NCBI GenBank assembly: GCA_001642005.1
Contig: LWCA01000041.1
Location: forward strand, 1-64,000
From: Intoshia linei
Taxonomy: Eukaryota > Animalia > Orthonectida
DNA: 64,000 bases
Direction: 5' to 3'
A model generated the notes under the pieces. The model searched no databases. It was not told the DNA's origin and was given only the letters and a program-made list of their open reading frames with translations. Below are positions 12,576-26,700 of the stretch, one piece after another; position 1 is the stretch's first letter, and each line of letters opens with the position of its first letter. The position numbers and the translations under genes are program-made.

Positions 12576-15500
12576 TTAACTATTGATTAATTTAAAGTCT
12601 CTGGCTATGGTAGTGGGCATATAATGCATATAATCTACCTACATAATAATTGATGAAAACATGAAATAAATAAGCAAATACATGCGTGATCTTGGAAAGC
12701 ATCATCAACGAACATTCAAAATTTTCAATAGAAAATACCAAATTTGGAACATATTGTGGTTGAATTTTAACATTTTTTTTCTAAAAATATAATTTTGGTT
12801 AATTAAAAAAAGTAACTTGTATATCAATAAGAATTTCATAAATAAACATGGTCAGTTTAGATCCAATAACTTTTATACACTTTTCCAGTTTATTCGTATA
12901 AAGCTTTTTATTCATTGATATCTACAATGTATTACATGTAAAGTATATTATATTTTGATACCTGCTTAATGATAATAATCAATAATTTATAAAATTTAAT
13001 TAGGGAGTTAAGAATATTTGATACGTTTTTTTCTAAACAAATTTTTAAAACATTGCTATAAGCATTTGCCATCATAGCAAATCTTATAAACAGTTGATCA
13101 TATAATTGACTAGTATTCTTCAAATTCGATATATGTTCTACAATAAATTGTGCAGATGAAATTTCTATATTCATTGCATCTATCCAAACAGCCAACAAAA
13201 CTGTAAAATGGGCTTTGTTCAAATTGGCAAATTTGATTGGGTTTCTACTGGAGAATTTCTGAGAGCATATCAATTGAGTATCCGGATTCTAATTACGCTA
13301 AATAAAATTGAATTACATTCAAAATACCTCTTCCAAGTTTACCAATTTCGCAAATGACATGGCCATATCATATATAATTCTTATATTAATATCGCAATAC
13401 CTGGAAACGTGAAGTAATGTTTCAAAAAGTTGCTTTGATACGGTCTTTGATGCTACTTAACTAATTTAACATAAAAACAACATTACCTATGTGAAATACA
13501 GTCGATATTTTGTACAAAGTTTTATAAACGTCTACAACAATTGGATTGTCGTCATCAAATAGAACGATAAACTTTACAACAAGCTTTAACAAATTACAAA
13601 TTTGAGAACTTAATGATTTTGTATATTTTGAATCGTTTTTGTTAAAAATGGTAGACAAAATGTTAATTATGTATACCACAAAGAATTCTAGTGATGTTTT
13701 GTATGTATCGCTTATGGGTTTGCAAATATTTGTATTGAATAAACCATCCAAATATGTATCTAAAACAGATGATCCCATGTTGAATGAAATTATAGAGGAA
13801 TTACAGAGAATATCAAGGTACACACAATTAAATTTTCTAATTTTATCATGAATTAAATTATTGGTGATTTGAGAAAAATTTTGAGATTCATTGACTTTTA
13901 TGAGTTGGTGATGTTTATAATTCTCCAATTTGTTGAATTCCATCATAAGCAAACGTACAATATTGGATAATGATATTATATTGGCGGATTCTACATACCG
14001 ATTAATAAGTGAGCCTTTAAATTTTCTCAATTTAATAATAGCATTTAATAAACAATTTAAAATGAAACCAAAACAATCAATGGACAGTTGATCAATCTCC
14101 ATTACCTCATCAATTGAGATAAAAATGTTTTTAAAAAAACAATAACATGTATTTAACACAATATCGTGTGGAATCAGATATAGAGATAAACAAGACACAT
14201 TTTCGTCTCCAAAAATAAAGGAAGTTGATTTTTTGCTGCTAAAATACTCTCTATATTTTTCATATAATTCTAAACCACTTTTGAAACAATCATTTGAGAA
14301 ACAATACAACATAGTAGAAAGTATGCACCTATAGAATAGTTTACTTGTCATATTTTCGTCTGAATTTTTCATTAGTTTTGATATGATTACATCCATAAAT
14401 ATCTCGATAAAATTTAAATTTTCAGATTGTTTCGTAATACTTTTTTTTCTCAATATTAAACAATTTGTAGATGCTAGTATAATTACATCGATAAGATTAA
14501 TTTCCTTTTTAATCTTTTCGTCAATAATATAATTGTCCAAAAATTTTGATTCAAAATCAGTATCTGTGGTCGCATTAGAAAAAAACTTTAAAATACGATT
14601 TTTCAAAATATAGAACAGTTCTGTAAAGAGATGAGAATTTCTATATAATATAACACCAATATTGAGATAAAAAAACAATCGCATTGACTGAAATTTGTCA
14701 ATATTTATTTCAATCGCTAATATTATGTCACTGCACAAAATTTGGCGATCATCATTTTTCAATAAATCACAGAATTGAGATGGTAGGGTTTTCTGAATTG
14801 ATATTTGACTTGCTTGACTGCAAGCTAAACTTGATTCTAATTTAAAATTGCACAAGATTCCAATAAACCCATACATCGATAACAATTGTTGTTCAAAGGC
14901 GCTTTTATGTGAAAGTTCAATCAATTTATTTAAAATTTCTATTCTACATGTAGCCACATATCGAAAAATAGACTGCATAGCATCAATAAAATGACAAGAA
15001 ACAATTATATCAAATTTTTCGAAAGATTTTAAGTTTGTCTCAATAGTAGAAACCACATGTCGTGTGCACAATTCAGAAGCTTCCGATACTAAATATCTGA
15101 AAATATCCTTAAACACAAAAATATTACTCTCATCATTGGAAACTAACCTATCCAAAACACTATCCATTAGTTGAGTTCGTAAATATCTATGATTTTCAAA
15201 AATCCTCATGATGCATTTGACCGAAAAATTGACGACTACGTGATTATAATTTTTAGGACTGCCATTATTCACAATAAAATTAATAGGTGTTTCAATAGGG
15301 TGTTTTTTTATTATATCAAAGCAAAGAATTACAAAGTTTGAATCAAATCTTTCAATTTTTTCAAGGAAAACATCAATTATTGTTGTAGAGAAGCTATTTA
15401 TTAAATGGAAAATCTCAATGCAATTGGATTTAGTCCAATGATTGAACCTTAAATCCATCTCCACTGAAAACCAGTTGCTTAAAATTTTAGTACAGTAGTT

Positions 15501-16334
15501 TATATTATTTTTGCTACAACCCACACGACACACTGATAGATATATAATAAAAAGTATCACATTTTCAACGTTCAAATTTGTATATCTTTGAGTTTGGTAT
15601 AAATCACAAAACGACTCAAACAAATAAAAATCACTATTTAACGTTTTAACCAGTAACACCATACTGTCAATAAATACATCCTCTGAGAATATTTCATCCG
15701 AATATTCGTGTAAAATCCTACTTTTTTCTGAAATTTGTATCGTTATGTGCACAATTGTCATAAAATTTTTGATACAATTTATTTTCTGAGTAGAAAGAAG
15801 TATAGGAGCTAGAACCTCGACGTATAATCGAAAATTTTCAGAACGGTTCAATATAGAATTAACTTTACCTATTAATTTATTCAGATTGGAAGAACTTAAC
15901 TCCATGTCCGAAAGAATGTTTACAAACAATAAAACATTTGATTCAGACCAGTTTATTTTCATAATAGTATTAGCTACAGTATTTATATCCTCTTCTTTCC
16001 ATGTAATTTGTTGTATGCAAGTTTTAACCATTTTCCGAATAGCTTTCATTTCGCCACACCGAAATTTCTTTTCTGACTGTAATGGTTCTTTTGTTTGAGA
16101 AATACTATTCAATGAAATATTAGTATCCTGTTCTCTTAAAATCGACCCCAAATTAATCGTCACGTCTCTGTCAACTCCAATCACAAACTTTAATAAATCA
16201 TCAAAAAAAGATATCACACTAAATTTTCTTTTCTCTAGTTTGAGGTCCAGATAACTATACTTGTCTGAAGCATCGATTACCATTTCTAACTGACTAATCA
16301 CATCATCAAATGTTTTAACTACAATTTCATTCAT
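12576..16334 (-). CDS. FANCI: Fanconi anemia group I protein; 2.85-kb first exon plus short 3' exons
   Basis: GFIGILCNFKLESSLACSQASQ (SQ cluster), VPNLVFSIENFECSLMMLSK and YMPTTIARDFKL* match recalled FANCI motifs ([10 protein letters not shown]...SQCSQ; IPNLIFAIEQYE; STSRDFKI). Confidence 0.88.
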
Positions 16335-16350
16335 TCAAATTTCCGCCAAA
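16334..16350 (-). promoter_or_regulatory. Composite E2F/CDE + CHR-like (DREAM-type) element abutting the FANCI ATG
   Basis: The minus strand reads TTTGGCGG-AAA-TTTGAA, with the last A being the A of the ATG. Confidence 0.4.
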
Positions 16351-16482
16351 AAAACTTTATTAAAATTAATATCAATCTTAGCAATTGAATGTGGTGCAAA
16401 TTATTTATTGATTATTATTATATACATGTAATATATTAATCAATATTGTCGCGCAATTACATAATGTGCATTTTGATTTGAT

Positions 16483-17295
16483 ATGAATTATGAAGATGTA
16501 AATATGGAAGAAATATATAGCAATGCCAAGACTGAAAAGTTGAAACCGAAAATAACAAACTACGAATGGTCACAAACTAAAATTATTAAAGATGAGGATA
16601 CTGCAAGAATGACGAATTGTTACGAATACATACCTCGTAGCATAAGTGTGGTGAATAATATAAGAATGATACACTCCGAGCCGATTGAAAATATGAATGT
16701 TTTATAAATATTTATGGCAATTATAATGAATGATTTAGATTTTACAAACTATAAAAAATAAAATAAATACATCATTAACAATATTTTCTAGTATAACATA
16801 TATTGACATATAATATTTTAGGTAAACCTAGATCTATAAAAATAGAAGAAATTCTACACTACCGTAGAATAATGTTGTTTAAATTACATTCTGTAATGAA
16901 ATTCCCTTCAAAATGTCATGTTTTTTAGATAAAACGTATGAAATTTACATCAAAAACAAGTCAATATACAAGGAATCAATTAAATAATATTATTTCTGTA
17001 TCTAATAAAGAGGTAACACCAATATATAACCACTATTCATGAGGTCCAAAATATTTATAACTATTTCCGTGTCTAATATTTAAACAATTAGAATTGCAAT
17101 ATGGAAGATTTAACTGTATTTATGAATGATTTAATTAAGGGTATATAAATAAACTTATAATTTCCTAATTGAAAAATAGAAATTGGAAAAGCAATGGAAA
17201 AATCTTTAATTGAATTTAACGAACAAAAGTGTATCAATGAAGCTTACATTTTACAAATTGATGACATAGAATACCGATATAACATTGAAAGATAG
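16483..17295 (+). CDS. Six-exon orphan protein (~200 aa); C-terminal helix weakly SCHIP1-like
   Basis: GT-AG splicing keeps one open frame: MNYEDV...IENMN|ILQTIKNKINTSLTIFS|SKPRSIKIEEILHYRRIMLFKLHS|IKRMKF...SNKE|NCNMEDLTVFMNDLIK|EIGKAMEKSLIEFNEQKCINEAYILQIDDIEYRYNIER*. Confidence 0.6.
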
Positions 17296-17768
17296 AATGT
17301 TAATAAACTATACCAGTATACCTCGTATTTTTGGTATTATGAAAATAATTGGTTTTGGTTTGCAACAAATAATAGAGATAAGTTTGAAGTTATCCATAGG
17401 GTCTAGGATTTTGAAATGTGTAATTAACATCTTCGTTGAACAAAGCTTGTCGATTTCAATGATACGCAAATGAACCTTGTTTACTCATGGAAGCTATTTC
17501 ATTTTCTTATCATATTTATTTTTAAGGTGTAAATTTTTTAAACTAAAACCCACATTTTGTCGTGACTAATATATATTTATACACAAAATGTAAATAAAAA
17601 ATTTTTAATCAGATCTGTAAGGGATTTTCACGGATATATTTTTAATAAAGTTAAATTAGTATATCAAATAAAACTTGGTTGTTAATATATAAGATTAAAA
17701 ATTCCCACTTTAAAGGAATAATATAAAATTCAATATAATAATAACAAATGGTAGATTTATTTTACATA

Positions 17769-20700
17769 TTAAACCCATGGAAGCCACCTAGGATCCAAGG
17801 AATATATACATTCATCTGTTTGAGAAATTTTGATGAGTTCCCGTGTATCAATGACAGATTTGTTTAAGTTAATTATTAAGGATAAGTCTAAATTTTTATA
17901 AAAAAAATTTGGTCAATTTAAATGAAATAATTTTACCCTTCACTCTGCACATAACAGCTTCAGAATGTAACACACATTGGTGAATAATTTCCTTTGGAAA
18001 AACAATACTCTAGAAAAAATTTAAAACATTAAATGTCACATTACCCTTAGAGAATGTTTATATGCAATTTCATCACGGAAAATTGTTCTTATAAAGGTAT
18101 CATAATACAATTTCGGGTTGAGGAAACAGCGAGCAGAATTTATAATAGAAGTAGCAAAAGGTCCATTGATGCCATACTTTGTAATAAATTTAGTTATATT
18201 TTTTGTAAGACGAAAAGGTGCAATTGTTTTATTAGTTTCATTTAAATTAATATGTAATCCATGTGGCTGTAAGAATGCATATTCACGAACAATTAATATA
18301 TTGTTTAAATTGATGGGATTCAACCCCAAAGAGTATTGTATACAACACATCATTCCATAATGGATAGTAAACATTTTTCTAAAATGCCAATATGAAGTTG
18401 AGTTGTTGTAAACCTGATCAGCCCAATCCGTCAGTAATTTATCAGAAGAAGATCTAGTGTAATCAGACAAAAATTGTGAAGATGCTTGATAATCAAAACT
18501 ATCATCGTCGTCAGATGGAAACCTTGAAATTACATCGTAAAATTGTTTCAAAACAGTGGCAGATTTTTTGACACTCTTTTCAGGTGCATTATAGTAAATG
18601 GAAGAAAGTGGAAAAGTTGACATATTGTATTCAATCATACACAAATAAGGAGAGATAATTTGAAATCGCGGAATTAAAAAGTTATGAAAACGTGTAGAGG
18701 CGTTTATATTATTTTCAAAAGCATAATTGCAAAAATTCATTAATTTGTAAATTCGTAATTTAGAATATAATTCAAGATCATTCAGAGAACTCGTAAGAGT
18801 GTTTGATATAATAAATGGATATTTACAACCATTTGATGCAATTAAAGTCAAAACATTGTGAATTTCATCATTAATGTTAACTCGATTGATAAAGGGAGAA
18901 AAGCCATTTAACATAATGTGAACTGGACTGGATCTACAAACTAAATATTCCCCAGGTAAAACAATTTCTGCATAATATGCAGAATAGTTTCTCAAAAATC
19001 TATACTTATTTGGAATTAAACTAAAATCCTTTCGAGATTTTACCTTCAATTTCATCTGAAAAATACAAACCCACTTGTTCAACAAATCTATCAATTTCCA
19101 AGGATTAGAGAGTTGAAGGCATTGTTCAAAGTTATTTTGAAACATGGCGAATAAACGGCGATATATTTTGAAAGAATTTTGACGATTTGATTCATCTTCA
19201 GGTAATCCAAAGAAAGCAGTATTATTAAACTCCAACATGTCTACATTCAATCGATTTTCATGTTTTTTGATATGCTGTCTAAACCTTTCAATAATATTCA
19301 TTATAAATTCTTTCAATTCAATTGAAATTTTGAAAGATTGCATATTATTTTTGTTAAACCAACATTCCTTGTAAAACTGTTTAACAGCCTTATTTAGACT
19401 ACAATAAATATCTTCGTGCCAAGAAATAGAAATGCTACTAATTTCATCAATGAATTGACACAAAGCTCTGGTGTTTATAATATTATTTCTGTGAATGGCA
19501 ATCAGTAAATTACGTAAAGTTAATAACTTTTTATCTAAAAGGGGCGAACTCGATCTTAAAGAAAGAATAGATTTAAAACTTTTGTAATTTTCGAAAATAG
19601 TACACCTTCTGTAGTATTTGTTACTTATTTCGGAAAGTTGACCCACATTAAGTATTATTTTGTAGTTTGAATTAAAAAGAGATAAGATTAATGATCTAAT
19701 AGCAATAAAAACTGCCTGGTAGTATTGTTTTGAAATGAGATTTAATAAAATATCCGCAGCTTGGTTGGCATTTGTACCGATAAAAGATACAATTCGATGT
19801 ATCCAATTGATCCAATTACTGGGATAAATATACCCACCATAATTCATAAACACACCTGCTATTTTATCATAGACTTCGTAATTCAATAACCACATAATCT
19901 TTGCTATTGACACACGTGATTTTTCGTTATCTTTTTTTTGGCATACGTGAAGGTAGCATGTGACAGCACTAACCAAATAATTCAAATTTTTTGTAGAATA
20001 AAATAAGATTTCCTGCAATTCTCCCCACCTTCGCCATGTACCTGGTGAGGTATCATTCATCTGTATAGCTGCCGACAAACACTGGTTTGCTTGCTGGTAT
20101 CTTTTTAGTTTCTTCAAAAATCTGCCTTTCAAAGAAAAAACTCTTGCATTTATTTCTTTATTGAAGCATTTCGGTTCAGCACTGTCCAGGTAATTTAGCC
20201 CAGTTGCTAGACATCGACTTTCGCTGAAATAACACTTGACGGTCTCTTTCAACTTGATAAACGAGTCAGCCATAGATAAAGACGGCATTTTACTAACAAT
20301 GCAAATGATCTGATCACAAATATCCAAACATCCATGTTTTCTAGCTACAGTAGCAAACGTTAATAAAGAATTGACCACAGAATGATTTGCTGCAGGTGTA
20401 ATATGTTCGTTGCACGCATCTGGAGGATTAGTAGTGAAAAATTTGTCCATTGCTTGAAAATGATGCCTTCGCCATAACATTATGTTACTCCAATGGGCCA
20501 AACTATCACAGATCATTGGTAATCGGTTTCGCCACGTTTTAATCTGTGATCCAAATTCATGATAGGCCGTAGATCGGTTTGTAGAAAGTGAATTTATTTG
20601 AGATTTTATCATATTGAATGACTCGCTTAATTCAACAATTTGTTGTGTGGCGTATAATAATGGAATATTCGAATTTGTACATATATTGGGAAATCTTCTC

Positions 20701-23700
20701 CATAACTTAATAGCAGCGGTAAAAGCATTTGATATATATGTTTCAATAGTTGCCAAATGGTGTATATCGTCCAGTGTGACCAAGCTTAAATAACCACGGT
20801 AAACATTCACCTTCCAGCCATACTCTCTGGGTAAATTAATTTCAATTTTAGGAAGTAAATCCTTTAACGTGTTCCAATTAGCCATCCGCCAAACACAATC
20901 TGCAGCCAAAAAAATATTAGAATTTTCCGGTGCCGTGGAATACGCTAATAGAGTATCCCAATGGTTTAATTCTTTGCACGACTGAATCCAACTACGTTCG
21001 ATAAATTTGTATTCAGGCACTAACGTTTCATCAGAGTCAATGTTAGCGTCATACCTCGCTGCTTGGGACATGGCATATTCGAAATTTTTTTGAGATTTAA
21101 AGAAATTGAAAGAACAAAAATTTTTAAGTCCATTTAGGGTACTTCGAAAGTAGGACCTATCAAACCATAATCCTAGTAGCATATCATGTTCTTCTAACAT
21201 GCCATATATGGATTGCAAACAATCAAATATTTCCTGTTCACGTGAAGGGTAAAGATCCATTTTATCCACATTGGTTGGCTTGAATTTAGTTAATTTTGTT
21301 GAATTTAGTTTAAACAGTTCAGTTTCAAAATACATGGCACTTCGGTGCCAAATTTTATGATACACAGATAAATGTTTCATTGATGATGGACGAATGACAA
21401 CAGGCGGATCGCAACGATAAAGACCTTCGATAAAGCAATTAATACACGATGGGTGAATTGCAGGTTCTCTCTGAGTTCCGTCGTTCGACGAAGTTAAAAA
21501 TCTTTCCAATTCTTTCGTTAATACAGATCGGTCTGAACTAGATATCATTTTCCATAATTGCGGGAAAATGTGTACCCATGTATCATAAGCAATTGTGGTA
21601 TCCTTGTAACAAATTTGTGAAATTGACATGATAAATTGACGTGTGGTAATCTTTTCAACCGGAGCAAAATACTTGGAACAATCTTTGATAAAACTGTTTA
21701 TGCTACTGAAAATCGTCGAACTCTTACATTTATCATTAATTTCTATAAATGGAATGCATCTTTCTGATCTATAAACTTGCTCTGTGGGTTCGGTTTTGTC
21801 CACGTGATTCTTATTGTCGTGCATAATTGTGTAATGGTCGTAATCAAAAGTATCTGAATTAGAAATTATCATGTCTGGATTGTCATTCTCGCCGATAAGA
21901 AACATTCTGTTCGCTGTGGGTACATAAAATTTGCAATTAATGGCTGTCATAACATGTTTAGGTTCTACTATACTGAAAATGAGTTCAATGCATTGTTTAA
22001 TCCAAAAATGAATTAGCATAGCATCCCAATTTTGATTAACTATTATATAATACAAACGAGCAACAACCGTCTTTGAAATACACTCATGGAAAATTTTGTT
22101 GTATTGTAGCCGAAGACCTGGCTCAGGGCAGCGAAGTCCTGTAATAAATATAGGTTCCAGCTTCACTACTAAATCGCCAGAAAAGGATTGATTCTTGTAG
22201 ATATAAATAACCGTTTCTAAATAAGGTTTTGATAAATCTGGATTATCAGAATAACGCTTAAAGCATAGATTATTAAACAGTTTTACGAGTAAATTTGATA
22301 TCTCTTTTTGAGATGGATGAGAATCTGTGTATTTAAATTTACTGACTACCCAATCATGAACAAAAGAAATTATCTTTTTTAACACATTGTGATCTTGAAT
22401 CTTTTCAATAATGACGGAAAGAGTTTGAATAATGTATATTTTCCTAGTCTCAGAATTCATAGAATTTATAGTATCCCTAGTAAGTTCTATTCCCATCATA
22501 ATGACATTAGTTTTTATCCCATTAGTCGTTTTACTTTCTTCATTTCTTAGAGGCATAAAGTATTGTTTGATTATTCTATGAAACCATCTAACATATGAAC
22601 TGATAATAGACTTGATAAAAGAATTGTTTCCAGATCCAATCATTTCCAACAAAGCTATGGTCTTGTATACATTAGGATCAATTTTATCATAGTTGTCAAC
22701 AATTCCTATCAAATAACTGGACAAAAATTTGTAAATATTCTGTATTTTATCTATATTTGTGTAATATGGAATTGCTTCAGGAGCAAACGGGTGGTGTTTA
22801 ATAATAGGATTTAAAATTTGTGCCACTACTTTGATTAGATCAAGATTTGCATGAGAAATTACGCTCATTATACCATCTTCAATCGTATTTAAAAATTGAA
22901 TCGCATTTTCAATAGGTAATTCACTTATTAAAATTCTATATATAGCTAAAGCTGCCATAATATGTGTATACGTTGGAGGGTTTTTACAATTGTCAACGGT
23001 AACAAATTTGGTCAACCAATTAAAATTAAATTCTACATTTTTCAAAAGAACTATAAGTCTTTTTGCAATTTTGAGAAAACGAACTGTTATACTGTTATGA
23101 TCATTAACTGTTGTGACATCAAAAAAATGGAATGAATATTTCAGACAACTCTGCAGTAAATACGAATAAGTAGATTTTTCATTATCAGTCAACATTTTGC
23201 TTGCATCGTCGCTCTCCAACCATCTAACAATTACGTCAGCGAAATCTATGCCTGCCTTTACATAATCTTTATTTCCCATTCGTGAACCCAGTACATTGAC
23301 AGATTGAACCAGTTGAGATAAAAACAAATGTCTGAAACCTAAATAATAGTATTTATGCTTCACTATAATTTGTACTAGAGCATATAATAAATTGATAGAT
23401 GAAAAAGCCTCTTCAGCAACCAACACCATAGTCCAAGTAAAAAGTAATTCTTTTCCATTTTCAAGGTTTTTTATTATTGCTGGGATTAAAATATCCGTAA
23501 TTTCGTGCAATTTGGATTTAACTTCTAGGTTTGCAGAGCGTAAAATTTCAAAAAAGAAAGTTTTTGTAGTATATTCGTCAACGGAAAAACTGTTAATAAT
23601 GTGGGATAAAGTGAGAAATCCCTGAAATTTCATAATCGCATCAGTACTTGAAATGTTGTATGTTATAATTCTAGTATATTCAATTAGTTTGTTCAACAAT

Positions 23701-26700
23701 TCATCTTTAGATATTTCAAGGTTACATTCCAACAGGATACCAGAAAAATGCTTTGCTAACAGTGATATAATTTCCAGAGCCACCATTTTAATTGAAATAG
23801 ATTCTTGAGAACCATTACCATCAAACACATTTTTCGCATGAATTTTCAAATTTGGCGGGTTCAAAACAAAAGTCTCAAAATATAGTTTTATTAAATTTAA
23901 ATCACACTGAGAATATTTCAAATATTGAATATTTGCAGAATCCAAATTAATCATTTTATTCAATGAATTTGAGTTTACACTTTTAGGAGGAATCAGTTTA
24001 AAATAAGAATTTAGAGGTGTCATGCATTTTTGTACATCACTCAAATATTCGTAAATGGTGGCATCTACGTATGTAATATCTGTGTCTACCACAAATTGAA
24101 GAGTATCTTTGTCGTTTCTTTGCATATCAAAGTAGGCTTTAATATTTACTGGGTTTATAAATAATCCCTCAGGTGCACCACAACTAGCATTAAATATAGG
24201 AAGGATCAGCATTTTCATAATATAGTAAGCATGAGCAGTATTAAAACACGCATCTCGGTACATTTGCATGAATAAACCACAAACATCACGCTTCCAAGAG
24301 ATTGAACTTTTTTGAATAATTTTTTTAACATTTCCGTCAAAACTAAAAGTTTCCAATAAGGTAGTTTCTGAATAGACCTTGAATAAATCAAAAAATACAG
24401 GAATGTCTTGGTATTGGTGTTTAATATACTTTATCAATATTTTTAACGCCAATCGTCCAATTTCCATTTCCCATTCTCTTTCAAAGTTTTCCAATTCATA
24501 AGGAATCGACTCTACAGAGCTGCCGTATACTCTCCGTACAATTTTATTCCACTCAACATGCAATACTCTGAATAAACAATGATCCAAGTAAGGAATAATA
24601 TTTTTCTTGATTACGAAATAAATGTATTTTAAATATACAACTCTGTTACTGTTAATAAATGAATCATGCATAAATAAATTCAACAGTATGTCCATATCCA
24701 TTAACCTGGGTGGTATAATTGCATTTGGCCGTTTAAGAAAATCAAAAAAAACGTCTCGAACATGATGATTTGCTATATAGAAATGAGTAAGCATAATTTT
24801 ACCCAATTCGTCGGGACAGTTTTCCCATATTGCGTATAAAGAAGAGCGAAATGGACTAGTTCCATAATCGATCATCTTTTTTTCGATGTTAAAAACAACA
24901 TTTGCTATATCATTGAAAAACATTTTTGATTGATATTGCACAGCCACAAAAAATTTTAAAATCATATTGGCAATTTTAGATTCATGGGATTCGGTATATC
25001 CAGTAATGTCATAGTTTGGATCGATAAGGGTTTGTAACAGAGAAATCCAATTTTTAAAACAATCTATGGTTCTAAAAGCCAATTGTTGTGTCATCGATCT
25101 AGGAAATTTCTCGTATAATTTTAAAATTCTTTCCGCCACAACTAACCCTAATCTTGAATCCATACCGTTTTTGGGTATATCTGCAAGATGGGCGTAAAGA
25201 GGATTGAATATATCGGGCAAACATAGCAAAACAGTGGAATCTCCTTTTGTAAATCTATACAATTCTTCGATAGCACAGAGAGCCAAAGTATTTCGAGTCA
25301 ACCATTCATAATCGTCGTTACTGGAACAGTCAACAATTATATTACTAAAATTTAACTGAATTTTTTCAGCTTCTGTGAAGTTAAGATTCAAAGTTCCAAG
25401 ACACTTTATAGAAAACAATTTCAGAGATTGGAAGGTTTCAAATGAATTTTTAAAACATGCCAATTTGGACACAATTTCATCAGAAGAGTCGACTACACCT
25501 ATTATACAATCAAAAAAGCTTTTATGAGTAGCGTTGTTTGTATGAAAATCAATGCATTCCGGACTCAATTTCATAACATACGTAAAAGCATCCATAATTC
25601 CTAGCTTCTGCCAGGGCGATGATTCCATAAAAACAGAATAATTGGGAGGAACCAAACTTTTAATCAAAATTTTGTATTTTAAAAGAAAATTTTCAATGGA
25701 AATTCCTGAAAGATTACAAATTTCCGATATGAAATATTTTACATTAGACCTAACCAAACTGTGAGGTGAGGACAAATTTTTAATACATTCCAACGAAATA
25801 ACTTCCAAAACTTTAATTTTGAAATTTTTACATGATTCGTCCGTTACAGAATAAATTATATTTAGTAATTTTGCAAAAATAGAATTGGCCAAATCGAATG
25901 TATCAGACGAAATTTTACCAGCCAAGTCGTTCAAGAGGTACATTAAAGCTGTAAATATTTTTTTTGAATTATATAACAAATACATATTATTATAACGGTG
26001 AAGCATAAAATTTAACATGGCACACCCCGATTGCTTAACATACCACGATGTTTCATAACAAAGATAAATCAATTTTTCAAAAGCATAATCGACAATGCAA
26101 ATTTTACAGCAACGATCTAATTCACCGACAGATTTAGAAACACACTCGAAAATTAATGATATTATAATTTGACAAATTTTCGTATAATCATTAGTTGGGT
26201 CATGCAAAACATCAATAATTGCGTCAACCAAAACACACGAATATATAAAATTACAGTTAAAATCTTGTTCGCTATAATAATATTGTTCAATAATAGAAAA
26301 ACTAGTACATATTCTTGTCATATTACAAATATACTTTAAAACTTCTTCTCGGAATTCATCAAAATGATAAATCATTATCATACACGAAATAGCTCTTTTT
26401 ACTACAGAATTTAATCCCTTATGCGTGTATATTGGTTTTTTCAAATAGTGTTGAATTTTAGGTATTTCTCCATGCCTCATAAACCTTCTATTTATATATT
26501 TTTTAAGTAGTCTTAGATCATGAGTGTGTAAAATTGATGACAAAATACCTTTAACGATAACCCACGATTGACTAATATTAAAATTTGATGCTGTATCTTT
26601 AAAATTAAACGAAATAAAATTTTTAAACTCATTATCGATTATATAGAAAATTGGCAATTTAACAGGAGTTGAATTCCCACTAAAGTAAATACTTGCATTA

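Noticed and set aside
18240-18420. Missing kinase catalytic residues in TRRAP and missing PLP lysine in PDXDC1 as novelties
   Set aside because: Both are known properties of these families.
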